A DNA stretch of 64,000 nucleotides, taken from positions 150,846,001 through 150,910,000 of the forward strand of contig OX597815.1 of NCBI GenBank assembly GCA_951406725.2. Reading direction: 5' to 3'. Origin of the DNA: Octopus vulgaris. Its lineage: Eukaryota. The position numbers were made by a program, and so were the translations under genes. This document shows positions 41,281 through 53,832 of the stretch, in pieces. The notes under the pieces are model-generated. The model had not been told where the DNA came from and ran no database searches. It was given only the letters and a program-made list of their open reading frames with translations. How positions within the stretch are numbered: position 1 is the first letter of the stretch; each line of letters opens with the position of its first letter.

Positions 41281-43315
41281 TGTTTGACTTTTGCTTTATA
41301 TATTTACAAGTTGGCTCCAAGTCTCACCCAGAGACCTCAAGAGACAACAGGGTTGGAAGTTCATGTTGTTGTTATGCCTAGTGTGCCATATATTTGGGGG
41401 GTGGGGTGTTGTACTAATGAATGTCTAAAAAAAAAAGTTTTTTAAATTTTTTTTGTGTTTTTCTTTTTTTTTTTTTAAACCGAAAATTATGTTTGTTTTA
41501 AACCTTGAGATTACATAGAAAGTATTTTGCGTAGGATATGAGCAGTTCCCATGAGCACTATCTTTTGAATTTCTGCCATTTTGGGGTTTCCTGGTATCTG
41601 AGTTAGGTAGCTATCAGCCCCTTTTGCTATCATTCCCAGGGCACCCATGACAACAGGTATTGTTTTAGTCTTCAGCTTCCACATTTTGCTGATTTCTATT
41701 TCAAGATCTTTATATTTGCTCAGTTTTTGGTAGGTCTTGACAGATACGTTTATATCGTTTGGGACAGTCATATCAATGAGGAGGCATGTTCTTTGTTTGA
41801 AGTCTTTCAATATGATGTCTGGCCTATTTGCATCTATCTTTCTGTCTGTTTGAATGGTGAAGTTCCAGAGGAGTGAGATGTGGTCATTTTCAAGCACTGG
41901 AGGTGGTTTGTGTTCCCACCAGTTTTTTTCATGGGGCAAATTCAGGTTTTTACAGATTACCCAGTGAATATATTGTGCAGCTCTATCGTGCCTGTTGAGA
42001 TACTCTGTAGGCGCTAGAAGACTGCACTTGGAGACCACATGGTCAATGGTTTCATTTTGTTGCTTGCATACACGACACGTTGGACTGCTTCTGATCTTTA
42101 ATATGTTGGCCTGGTAGTTTCTTGTTGGTAGGCATTGATCTTGAGCTGCTATGATAAACCCCTCTGTTTCAGATTTTAAGCCAGAGGCCATTAGCCATTG
42201 ATGGGTCAGGGCTTTGTCAACATCTGCATTATTTGCTCTCTTTGGGTATTTGCCATAGAGAGGTTTTTCTTGCCATTTATCATTCAGAATATCTAAGGCC
42301 GCAGATTTAGCACGGGTTTTCATGCGCTTAGCTTTTTCTGTGCCTGTTTCTTGTATGTCTATCTCTAATTCCGAAATTTGTTGTATTCGGAATTCACTTA
42401 GATATTCCTTTGCCTGTTTTGTTACTGAGTATGTTACTTTCTTGTTTTCATGTTTTGAGACAAGTTTTAACATCCAGTCCTCAGAGTTTTTCAGGTAGGT
42501 GTCTAGGCCAATTGTAGCAATCTTTATTGTTATTGCCAGTTGTAAAAGTCCACGGCCTCCCTCTTTTCTTGGCAGATAAAGTCGTTCTGTATCTGCCTTA
42601 GGGTGGTGCATTCTATGCATTGTCAACAGTTTTCGTATTTTTCTGTCAAGATTACATATTTCAGTAATTGACCAGTTAACGATACTGAAACTGTAAGTCA
42701 CGACTGGTATGGCTAATGCATTGATCGCTTCGATCCTGTTTCTCGCATTCAGCTCTGTCTTGAGTATTGCTCTTACTCTGCGATAGCATTCTCTCCTGAT
42801 CCTTTCCTTCATCTCTGAATGCCTTATTCCTTCTCCTTCAATTACCCCTAGATACTTGTAGTTCTCTGCTGGGTCTAATTCTTTTATGACATTCTGCTGG
42901 TCAAGGTTAACGTTAGATGTTTCTGTCATTTTTCCTTTGATAAAGGTAGCTTTTGCGCATTTATCGAGGCCAAATTGCATTCTGATGTCATCACTGAATT
43001 GTTTGACAATCGCTAGTAAGCCCTTGAGTTGTTGGTCATTTTTTGCAAAGAGCTTTAAATCATCCATGTAAATGAGATGATTTATCAAACATTTTATATC
43101 CGTACTGCGCGTATATATAAGGCTAAACAGAAGAGGAGCGGTGATAGTGAGTCACCCTGGAAAATGCCACATGAAATTTTTACATCACCAGCATTTAGAG
43201 ATTCATTGTCACTGTTCAAAGTTAGTGTGGTTCTCCATGATCTCATACTTACAGACAAAAAGTTTCGCAGAGCAGGTGCTATCTTATACATTTCTAGGCA
43301 TTTATTAATCCAGCT
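41281..43315 (-). mobile_element. 5'-truncated R4/Dong-type RLE non-LTR retrotransposon inserted in (TAA)n
   Basis: GIFQGDSLSP (43094-43291); YMDD, CRVC..ETIDHVVSKC zinc knuckle and RPDI...IDMTVP...K..KY restriction-like endonuclease (41511-43088). Small deletions near 43085-43120 break the frame. (TTA)n lies on both flanks. Confidence 0.92.
41511..43088 (-). CDS. RT (domains 5-7) + CCHC knuckle + RLE endonuclease of the truncated R4/Dong element
   Basis: 525-aa open frame with YMDDLKLFA, YKYLG, CRVC, RHD, RPDI motifs; it lacks the N-terminus. Confidence 0.85.
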   Translation of the reverse strand: MINHLIYMDDLKLFAKNDQQLKGLLAIVKQFSDDIRMQFGLDKCAKATFIKGKMTETSNVNLDQQNVIKELDPAENYKYLGVIEGEGIRHSEMKERIRRECYRRVRAILKTELNARNRIEAINALAIPVVTYSFSIVNWSITEICNLDRKIRKLLTMHRMHHPKADTERLYLPRKEGGRGLLQLAITIKIATIGLDTYLKNSEDWMLKLVSKHENKKVTYSVTKQAKEYLSEFRIQQISELEIDIQETGTEKAKRMKTRAKSAALDILNDKWQEKPLYGKYPKRANNADVDKALTHQWLMASGLKSETEGFIIAAQDQCLPTRNYQANILKIRSSPTCRVCKQQNETIDHVVSKCSLLAPTEYLNRHDRAAQYIHWVICKNLNLPHEKNWWEHKPPPVLENDHISLLWNFTIQTDRKIDANRPDIILKDFKQRTCLLIDMTVPNDINVSVKTYQKLSKYKDLEIEISKMWKLKTKTIPVVMGALGMIAKGADSYLTQIPGNPKMAEIQKIVLMGTAHILRKILSM

Positions 43316-43335
43316 ATATTATTATTATTATTATC

Positions 43336-43472
<137 letters not shown>

Positions 43473-43739
43473 CATTATTATTATTATCATTATTAGTCAG
43501 GTCACTGTCTGAAATCGAACTCGGAATCTTGGGGTTAGTAGCCCGTGCACTTAACCACTACGCCATATACCTTAGGAATGAGAACCCAGGTTCGAAATTT
43601 CCCCCCAAGACACCTAATGAAAGCTCGAGGGTATATCAGCCGAAACATTGCGTTAACAGCAAACAAGATGAGGACAAAGATCCGTCAAATGTTAATAATG
43701 TAAATAATGTACTATTTCTTTTGTTTTATATTTTATGAT

Positions 43740-44070
43740 ATTGACCTATTCAAATCCGGGATTCATTTACTCCATACTGTATATTACATGGGCGGTTTGT
43801 TTGTATTCGATGTATCTGTGAAAGGAATTTTTTTTTATATTGCTCTATATTTTGATCTGATACCATGTTCCAGCTGTGGTTTTAAAAAAATTTGTTTGAT
43901 TCTTTTTATTTCTGTTTTAAAATGCCATTTAAAGATGAGAATATATAGGTTCTTCTTAGCAAAGCATTTTACTACCGGCATTTTATATCTATAAAGACTC
44001 TCATTATTTCTGTTTTCATATAGAGGCGTTTGTTAGTGTTTGTCATCTATACAGATATGCTATCTGAATT
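43740..44070 (-). mobile_element. Decayed Penelope-like RT C-terminal remnant
   Basis: Minus translation includes LLRRTYIFSS and HFKTEIKRIKQIF-like segments. Confidence 0.4.
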
Positions 44071-44994
44071 ATGCCTTATTCCAACGTTTCTATCCAAAAA
44101 CTAAGTAGTTATGTCAATCCGAATATTCAATTGAATTTCGTTGGGTGTAGAATTTGTAAATGGAGTTGTTCTAAGTCTTCTTCTAGTTCTAAGTCTCTTC
44201 CGATATATCTCTCGCAACGAATTCGTTGAATACAATGAATACAAAACAGGACAGAAAAAAACCTTACTTGATAACACAACCACCTTATAAAGAATTCCTA
44301 AGATACATGCTGAAAACTATAAACAGGAGTTAAATATAAATTTTAAAAACACTTCGTTTGGAATATGAAGTTAGTGAGCCAAACACATGCATCTTGGATT
44401 GACTAAAATTTACAGGAAGTTATGTTTAGTTACAAGTTTAGAAAAACTTTATATGAAATGAAGCTTAGAGTGAAGGATGTAGAATAACTGGAGAGACCCA
44501 TAAGATTAATAATCAGTAGAACTAAAACTATTTTAAAAAACCCCGTAACCATAACAACTGCAAGATTATGAAAACAAACCCACAGGGAAACTATAAAACT
44601 ATAAGAGAGAAAGATTATATCATGTGAGATGCAAGGAAGAACAGTGTAAGGCCACTGCTTCAGCTCCTTTTGGGGAAAAGGCTCGTAGCTTAGGTGAAAG
44701 ACTAAGATAACATTGGTGCGAATAAAGTAATAACGAACAAGCATCGATGTTTATCAGTTTTGCACCAACATACCAAAGACAAACATGGTAATTTGATAGA
44801 CAACATCAAGATGAAATTCGTTTATTTGTTAATTACCTAATTAATAAATCTATAATAAAACTGACAGGTAAAAACTGTCTCTCCCAAAGTGCAGAATACA
44901 TCCTTCAATACAGAATTTCACATCAAAAGTCTTGCGAAACAATTGAAAAATTTGCCTGTGTGTGTGCATAATTGCGTGTGGGCGTATGTGTATG

Positions 44995-45531
<537 letters not shown>

Positions 45532-46099
45532 AATATTTTCTTGTATGTTTATCTTAATATATAAGTCCTGCATGCTATTATGATTACTGTACGTCTATGA
45601 CAAGTCGATGCATCCATTTCGTCACGTATTATAACGGACAAGACACCCACATCAAGATAAACAATAACCACAAATTGACTTTTTCTGTTGTTTATTTGTC
45701 CTTGTCTTTTCAGTTTCTGTTTATTTTCAGTTTTGTCTCGTGATTTTGTGTTTATTCTGATTGTCTTTCTGTTTATATTATATGAAAATTATTACAGCTA
45801 CAATTGTTCTTATCATCTCATCAACATCATCAACATCATCATCATCATCATCATCATCTTCATCAGCATCATTGACTAAAGCAACAGCAACTAGTAAAAA
45901 AATCGGAAACACTATGAGGCTGCTCATTCTTCTAGAAATAACAGCTAAATTTCCTTCAAATCGTATCCTACTATCCTAAAATCTAAAGTCAGGAAGAACG
46001 CATTAAATTATTTACCTCTAGATTTGTCATATATTTAATTCGAAAAGATAGGATGGTCGCTGCTAGAAATTCCTTTAATCGCACCATGTATCAGGGCGT

Positions 46100-46320
46100 C
46101 ATTTTGGGCTAAACAACACCAACAGTTTCGGGCCAAACATCAACACCAGTAGGTTTGGGCCAAGCAACATCAGAAAATTGGGGCCAAACAACACCAGCAG
46201 TTTTGTGCCAAACAATACCATCGGTTTGGGGCCAAACAACACCAGCAGTTTTGGGACCAAACAACACCAGCAGTTTGGGGCCAAGCAACACCAGCAGTTT
46301 GGGGCCAAACAATAACAACG
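46100..46320. repeat. 24-bp minisatellite, about 9 copies
   Basis: Unit approximately GGGCCAAACAACACCAGCAGTTT(T/G) in tandem, with no unique spacers. Confidence 0.9.
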
Positions 46321-47496
46321 ACAGTAACAACAGTTTATGGCATATATATCGAAATGAGTGAACTGTACAGGAGTCTTAAGCATCGATTAAGAATACTTTT
46401 CTGACGCCGAACGCCCTACAAATATTTTTTTCAAAACTACACAACGAAAGCCTTTATTGGAAAAACTGCAAATTCGATTACCTTGATCCAAAAACGGAAT
46501 CCGTCTGAGAAGCTGGACAATACATATAGGGTGTGGCTTCCAGCATAACATTTGTCTTCTGATTGTCGTGAAAACGTTGAAGACTTCTTGTCGATCGAAG
46601 CTAGACTGATATGTATTTATTCTCATAATATAAAATGCGCTATATTAACAATTATGCGAAGGAGCGTGAACTCAAATTTAAACATTTTGAAAAGAAATTA
46701 TTGTACGATTTCACTTGTAGAATTTTTTAAAATACGATTCGTAATCTTGAATTATTTTACCAGAAAACTTTAAAAAATTAATTACAGTTTTAGTAAATCT
46801 GGTCATTAAGCACTTAGTATTACACAATATTAGGTTGGCTGCGTATAGGGATCAGTACGGCCATATTAATATTTATATGAATTTCCCTAATTTGTATTAT
46901 CAGGAACATTTTCATTTGATAGTTAAAACGCTTCATTGCATTAGATACCCATATGTTATTCTTATGAAATTTGCAGTTATTCATATGAATAGTTATTCAT
47001 ATGAATAGTTATTCATATGAAATTCGTTCATGGTTATTATTGATAGAATACGAGTAAAGAATGATAGCATAGTACAGAACTGACCGACGGAGTTTTGTGT
47101 AACACCTGAGGTTGTTCTATTTGGGTGTTCAGTATCCCAGCCTTTTATAACATTCAGTCAAGAATCTAGATTCTAGAAGGTTCGGCAGGACTATTCGGTG
47201 GAAAAAAATCACAAAACTTACTTTCAAGTCTACCGTTATTCGATTGCACACCAGTTGATCTGATCGGTCGAACAATATTCACGTAAGCATTAATGCCTTG
47301 TATTGTGAGACATTTAATTTCTCGTGGCTATTCTTGCCTTCTCTGTCAATATAGTTAGGCTGTGGTGTGAGGAAAATATCATTGATTGATATGGTCACCT
47401 TTGCAGGAACCTCTGGAATGGATGTAATTGACTATAGTATTAATGAGTCCTCCATATATAGGTATGTGTGTGTATGTGTGTGTGTGTGTGTGTGTG

Positions 47497-47576
<80 letters not shown>

Positions 47577-47926
47577 AATCAATGAAATTCCAACTCTGAT
47601 TTTCACGTTTTATTATTTACAATTTTAACAATTTTACAATATTAAAATAAACTAGTACTTCTATGCGTTAAGCAATCGTCAATTTTATGTAGTGGCAGTC
47701 ATGTTCCACCGTTGACAATTGTAGTGAAATGGTTAGATTTATCCTTTAAATTCCCTGCCATGGGCTCTAGAAGGCTGAATTTTACAAACTCTATTTTGAC
47801 CAATCAGTATGTGGCTTAAATGTCTCGGTTTAGTGGGCACGTCAACGATTCTTTACTTTGACCGCACCTAAAGGAATAATTGAATATCGTAAACAATAGT
47901 TATGATCCTTCCATAATAATCTTTTG

Positions 47927-48001
<75 letters not shown>

Positions 48002-48024
48002 GTATGTATATATATATATGTATG

Positions 48025-48072
<48 letters not shown>

Positions 48073-48330
48073 CCTTTATGGCTTATAGGTTAAATGAGGT
48101 ATGACTGTCCTCACTGCCGAAACAGCTGTCAGTTTTGATTTATTTGCATATTATATTTGAAATTTTTTACTTATATCTCTTTATCTTTTTACTTTTACTA
48201 TTACTGTATATCTCATTTCATTTTATATATTGCCTTTACTCATAGTTAATGGTGTATTAAAGTATGGATTGAGTATCATCGGATAGTTGATGTTTTACTG
48301 ATTTAAGTATGTTTCTCCATTCTCTAATTT

Positions 48331-48370
<40 letters not shown>

Positions 48371-48515
48371 AAATAACATTCCTGTTTTCATTGAATTCTG
48401 TTGCAATTTTCTAGAAAGTCAATGTTAATATGGTTATCACTACCACCATCCTCACTATCGCCTTTATTATTGTTGTTAGAGGAGGCGATGGAAGTAGTAA
48501 TAAGAGCAGTAGTAC

Positions 48516-48594
<79 letters not shown>

Positions 48595-48659
48595 CATTAC
48601 AATTATCACTGTTACGATAACTGTTATTATCATTATTATTGTCCATTTAAAACGGGGTT

Positions 48660-49270
48660 AGATTTTTTTTTTCAGACCACATGTTGCCAGATGGTTGCTT
48701 AAAGGGATCTGATGAACATCAAGGTCCCTAATTTGCTGTCGTTTCACACGTGAACGTTCTGATAATGCAATCCCAGTCTGACCAACGTATATCTCTTCAC
48801 AATTCGGGCATTTGATGCAGTAAATTGAATTTCTGGTTTTGTAGTTCATATTTCCACTTTTTTATATTGACCGGTATGTATGAAATGACATATACCACAT
48901 CGAATATTTTTGCATTCAGATACAGTGAAGGATCCGTCATTGTTGCTTAGATCAAACTGTGCCTTTGTTAATAGTTGTTTCAAGTTCCTCGGCTGCCTTT
49001 TACTTAGATCCATGATTATATATTTTAATTCTTTATTGTGAGCATCGATCGGCAAGTTTACTTTGGCAATGCTAAAAATATTTTAGTGGCACAGGTTGTG
49101 TGTCACTATAAATGGTATGACCTGTTCTTTTCCTCTTTCTTGGTTGCCCTAAGTTGTTGTATGGGTATTTCTATAGCATGCTGTATACCATTTTCTATAG
49201 GCAGAGATTAGTATTTTCGTTTGAGTAGAAATTCTTTGAGTTCTGTTAGGCGTTTGTTTAGCAAGAAACT
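48660..49270 (-). mobile_element. Penelope-like RT C-terminus + GIY-YIG remnant
   Basis: SKRQPRNLKQLLTKAQF, CKNIRCGIC, NSIYCIKCPNCEEIYVGQTG. Confidence 0.85.
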
Positions 49271-49858
49271 ATTATACAAAACGTGAACTCTTGACCGATA
49301 TTTTGTGGGCTAGAATTAGCAGTGTAGCAGTGATATTACAGGCTGTTCTGATGAATAAATGCAAACCGATATACACTTCTTATTGATTAATAAATGAAAG
49401 CTGTGTATGCACACATGCACACATACACACATACATGCATGTACAAATACAATTCTCACGAACTAGTTATACGCTGTGACCTTTCATGTTTTGTGAGATG
49501 CTTTTTTTTCACACAAAATGCACAAAATTCATCTGCCAAAAGAAGTATACCCTTAACACTGATCAACGTTGCAAAGTCACGCGACTGACTACAACTACTA
49601 AATGCATTTGCTCAGGAATGTATTATAAATATATTACTGTTTAAACTTTTATACGAATCTCTTACATGAAGACCTTCCCAAGTCTTTTAAGCATCAATAA
49701 AAGCTATAATTCGGAACACTCAAAAGGCTGCGCTCGGTTTGCGTGACTTCTGCCAAACGATGACTAAAGTGGACAAGAAAAACAAATTTCAACGACTAGA
49801 AAACAGCCTATACTTCTTCCATCTCTTCTAATCTGTTACGCATACATGCATACATATA

Positions 49859-49906
<48 letters not shown>

Positions 49907-49995
49907 TGATTGATTGATTGATTGATTCCAGTTTCAGCTTATGAGCTGTGGCCATGCTGGGGCACCGCCATTTGGTGTTGCTACTTGCTTTCACT

Positions 49996-52956
49996 TCATG
50001 GAGGCTTTCTAGCAACTGCTATTTGGTGCATGAGAGAGTTCGATGCAGCTGCCCTCATCTGCCCCTCCTGCCGTGAAGTTGGTTCATCTGGGACACCTGA
50101 CAGGAAGAGATCCAGCTCCATTTTAAAGACATCTGTATCCACCCCATGCAGGTCTCTCAGGTTCATCGGGAGGATATTGAAGAGCTGTGGGCCTCGGAAG
50201 CCCAGGCTATCACAGAATCTTGTCCTACATCTTGATGGCAAGTTTGGAGTCCTAGGCACCACGCAGTGGCGCCCAGTTCTGGCGTTTGCGTAACTCTCGA
50301 TGCCAAAGTTCAGGACACTTCCCTCCAGGATCTTCCAGATGTATATTATGGCATATCTTTCCCGCCTACGCTCCAGGGAATATAATTTTAATCTCTTGAG
50401 TCTTTCCCAGTAGCTTACATTCTGCATAGAGGCTATCTTCTTCGTGTAGCTTCGTTGGATCGCCTCAAGTTCTGTGATCAACTTGACACTGGATGGTGAC
50501 CATAGCTGAGAGCAATAGTCAAAGTGACTTAGGACAAGTGTCTTCCAGAGGACCATCATGGTTTCTTGTTCTCTTGTTCTAAAGGTTCTAAGAATCCATC
50601 CAGCCAGGCGTCTGCATTTCACTGTCAGTTTAGCAACATGTACATGAAAGGTCGCGTCATCACTCATGTGAATACCCAGGTCACGCACTGATTGTGCCTC
50701 TGGGATTGCAATCCCTCCGGGTCCAGTGTATTCCTTGGGTATTGCATTCAGTTTTGCATGCTGATAGTATAAAGCTTGAAACTTTTCAGCATTGAACTGC
50801 ATGCTATTCTTTTCAGCCCACTTGTATATTTCGTCCAGCTCATATTGCAGGTGCCTAGTGTCTTCAGGGTTCTGTATTGCCTGCGAAACTTTTGTATCAT
50901 CTGCATAACTTGTGATCGTGGCTCTCCGCGTGGCTGAGGGCATGTCTGAGAGGGCCATTATGAACAGTAGTGGTCCCAAAACAGTGCCCTGTGGAACACC
51001 GCTCACTATTTGCGTGCTAATGGAAGTGGCCCCATTGGCTACTACCACCTGACTTCTATTCTTCAGAAAGTCGTGAAGCCATTCTCCTAGTTTTCCAACT
51101 ATGCCAAGATCACGCAGTTTGTGACATATCATTCCATGATCGACTTTATCGAAGGCCTTTGCGAAGTCGAGATATATGACTTCCACATTTGAGTGGCTGA
51201 GCAGTTGTTTCAGCACCCAGTCATAGTGCTGCAGGAGCTGAGTTAAGCAGCTTCTTCCTGGTCGGAAACCATGTTGGGTGTCAGGCAGCAAGTCATTTTC
51301 TTCAAGGAAGGTGATTAGTTTCCTTCTGACTATTCGTTCCATGACCTTGCTGATGTGTGAGGTCAGAGAGATAGGTCTGTAGTTCTTGGCCTCCGCTCTG
51401 CTACCTCCTTTATGAATAGGGCATATTTTACCTTCCTTCAGTTTTCTTGGAAGTTTGCCAGCTGCAAGGAAGCTCTGAAAGAGGAACTGCAGTGGTCTTG
51501 CTAAGACTCTCTTACATACTTTTAGGAGGATTGCCGGGAATCCATCGGGGCCAATAGCTGAGTCTATTTTCATTTCATCTATAGCCTTTATTACATCGTC
51601 TTCCTTTATATCGATGTAATTTAACGTCGCCGCCTCTGATTCTATATCTGCAGTGGTAAAAAAGTCAGTTGGATTGCTGATTTGGAAATGCCCAAGGGGT
51701 GGAGTGAAAACACTCTTGAATTGTTCATTCAGTATTTCACTTACCCTCATTGGTTTTCCTGTGAGTGTGCCATCCTTTTCAAGGAGTGGCCCTATCCTAC
51801 AGTGCACCGTAGCTGTTTCTTTGGCATACCTGTAGAAAGCTCTGGGGTTAGTTTTTATGTTGTCTATAGCCCAGGCTTCTTTGTCTGCTCTTTCCTTCTC
51901 ATGGGAGAGTTGCAGACAATTTTCAATTTCCAACAGTTTTATTTTCAGGCGGGACTTTTCACTGCTTTCAATTTGTTTGTTTAGGCGATTTGAGATTTTT
52001 GTGCGCCGTCTCATTAAAATTTTTCTCTCTCTGGGGATTTTGTTCTTGTGTACAGTGGCCTTTCTCTCTGGGACACATTTGTAGCATATGGCTTGCATTA
52101 CAGACATGAATTGTTGAAGTATCATGTCGATGTCCGGCGAGGCGAGACATTCAGGCCAGTTTTGTTTGAGGATCTCTTTCTCAATTTGTTTCCAGTTTGC
52201 CTTATTGAAGTTCAAGCTGGAAAGATTCTGAGAGCTTCTTGTAGGCTGCATGTCCGTGCTCTCTTTTGGCCCGTACATGGTCAGCTGTACCATGTTGTGA
52301 TCCGAGAGTAGTGTCGGTGTCACTTTCACATTATGGATGAGATCCATATTATTTGTGAAGCAGAGATCCAGTGTGTTACCCGCTCTGGCTGGTTGGAGTA
52401 TTACTTGCTCCATGTACAGGGTGTTGGTGAGGTTCAGGAGAGACCTCGCCTGTCCTCGTTCACATCTTGTCATTCCTGGGAGAGAAAGGCCCTCGGGCCA
52501 TCTGACATTCGGTAGATTGAAGTCTCCCATGAGAAGTACACTTATGTGTTGTTCTAATGTGGTTAGAACTTCTTCTATTTTTAAAAGGCAGTCCTCAAAC
52601 TTGCCCATATGACTTGGGGCATCTGGAGGGCGATATGTAGCACACACAACTACATCAAGTTGCCTTATGTGTACAATTAGTGTGTCACACACCGAGTTTA
52701 AGTATGACAAAAGGACCTGGGGTGTGAGGTCCCCACGGATGTACATAGCAACTCCTCCATGACTTCTTTCTTTCCTGTCGGTCCGTAGTACAACATATTG
52801 TGGTATGTGTAATTCCGCATCTGCTATGTCCGGTTTCAGATGCGTTTCTGTGAGTGCTATGCATAAGGCTTGATTGCATGCGACAAAGTCTCTCAGGAAC
52901 GGGACTTTTGTCCTGTTACTGTGTGTTAGTAGTCCTCTGATGTTCAGTAGGAGCAT
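49996..52956 (-). CDS. LINE ORF2: apurinic-like endonuclease + reverse transcriptase (CR1/Proto2-like non-LTR retrotransposon), apparently intact
   Basis: APE motifs LLLNIRGL, LTETHL, RTDR..GGVAMY, YRPP, MGDFN, LDLCF, SDH. RT motifs YRPISLTS, QHGFR, YLDFAKAFD, GVPQGTVLGP, YADD, DLG. The likely real start is ATG 52956 (MLLLNIRG); the ORF-track extension to 53295 overlaps ORF1. Confidence 0.95.
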   Translation of the reverse strand: MLLLNIRGLLTHSNRTKVPFLRDFVACNQALCIALTETHLKPDIADAELHIPQYVVLRTDRKERSHGGVAMYIRGDLTPQVLLSYLNSVCDTLIVHIRQLDVVVCATYRPPDAPSHMGKFEDCLLKIEEVLTTLEQHISVLLMGDFNLPNVRWPEGLSLPGMTRCERGQARSLLNLTNTLYMEQVILQPARAGNTLDLCFTNNMDLIHNVKVTPTLLSDHNMVQLTMYGPKESTDMQPTRSSQNLSSLNFNKANWKQIEKEILKQNWPECLASPDIDMILQQFMSVMQAICYKCVPERKATVHKNKIPRERKILMRRRTKISNRLNKQIESSEKSRLKIKLLEIENCLQLSHEKERADKEAWAIDNIKTNPRAFYRYAKETATVHCRIGPLLEKDGTLTGKPMRVSEILNEQFKSVFTPPLGHFQISNPTDFFTTADIESEAATLNYIDIKEDDVIKAIDEMKIDSAIGPDGFPAILLKVCKRVLARPLQFLFQSFLAAGKLPRKLKEGKICPIHKGGSRAEAKNYRPISLTSHISKVMERIVRRKLITFLEENDLLPDTQHGFRPGRSCLTQLLQHYDWVLKQLLSHSNVEVIYLDFAKAFDKVDHGMICHKLRDLGIVGKLGEWLHDFLKNRSQVVVANGATSISTQIVSGVPQGTVLGPLLFIMALSDMPSATRRATITSYADDTKVSQAIQNPEDTRHLQYELDEIYKWAEKNSMQFNAEKFQALYYQHAKLNAIPKEYTGPGGIAIPEAQSVRDLGIHMSDDATFHVHVAKLTVKCRRLAGWILRTFRTREQETMMVLWKTLVLSHFDYCSQLWSPSSVKLITELEAIQRSYTKKIASMQNVSYWERLKRLKLYSLERRRERYAIIYIWKILEGSVLNFGIESYANARTGRHCVVPRTPNLPSRCRTRFCDSLGFRGPQLFNILPMNLRDLHGVDTDVFKMELDLFLSGVPDEPTSRQEGQMRAAASNSLMHQIAVARKPP

Positions 52957-53832
52957 CGAGGTGAGGTGTATGCTGTTGCCGGTGGTGTCCACCCTGGGTC
53001 CATCTGCTGTGGTGGTCTTGTGAACCGTGGGCAGTTCCATCTGCGAGCCTGAGCCTGATGGAGCCAGGTTAGCTGCTGTACAATCTTTTGTGCCATGCAC
53101 AAAAAGATTCCTGCTCAGCAGCTGCCCTTTCAACAACACGTTGGTGGTTTGTGGTACGCACCACATCTGCGTACCTCCGTTTTGGGGCCGGTGATGCGTG
53201 GTCCATCCCATTTCCTTTCGGTGGTTGGTTTCTGTGGCAGGGTCCCGGATGTGCAAAGCGGCAGCCTGCACCTTCCTCTCCATGCCGGCAGGCACCTTTC
53301 AGGTAGAACCTACATACCCGTGTGCGCTGCTTGTTTCCATCCTTTTTGGCATATGGACAGTTAGATTTGCCTCTATCCCTGGCTGCCTTGCCCCTTGGCT
53401 TTGTCTGAGTTTTAGCTTCAGTTTTTCCTCTTTTTTGGCCTCTTCATCTCCATGTCCATGGCTTTTGGTGCCGGTAGGAGCATCCGTACCTGGGTTCACC
53501 TCCCGGGCAGGCCTCTCGCTGGAGTTTTCTTCCTGGGCGTACACCAGGTGGGGGTGACCCTCCTCATCTGCGCCCGCGTCTCCATCCTTGCCATATTTAC
53601 TTTGTTCGCGTTTTTCGCTGTTAAAAATGGCATCCAGTGTGTTTATGTGCGATCTGACAAGTGCGTATGAGCGTACGAACTCTTGCCTCTTCCGCTCTAT
53701 TTGTGCTGACGTCCTTTTGAATCCTTTGTTCCTTAGTGCTGCCGCAATTATGTTACTTGGACTTTCTCCGTCAGCGCATTGCCATCCTCGCAGGAACCAC
53801 GCCAGTTCATCACGTTTCCAAGCTCTGGACAT
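52944..53832 (-). pseudogene. LINE ORF1 with N-terminal Myb/SANT(trihelix)-like domain and CCCH zinc finger, interrupted by apparent 1-nt frameshifts
   Basis: 53832-53650 reads WKRDELAWFL...IIAAALRNKGFKRTSAQIERKRQEF. An alternate frame at ~53320-53245 reads VCRFYLKGACRHGEEGAGCRFAHP. Frames can be joined by adding one base at the homopolymer runs near 53425 and 53103. Confidence 0.75.

Noticed and set aside
43496-43570. Functional tRNA gene
   Set aside because: A and B boxes are present but the acceptor and anticodon stems are poor, and it runs into (TAA)n; treated as a SINE-type head. The same applies to the other SINE heads.
46100-46320. Possible CRISPR array
   Set aside because: The units are contiguous with no unique spacers, there are no cas genes, and the context is eukaryotic.
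52957-53295. N-terminal 113 aa of the 1099-aa ORF as part of ORF2
   Set aside because: It overlaps the ORF1 CCCH region in another frame, and the endonuclease domain begins at Met 52956.
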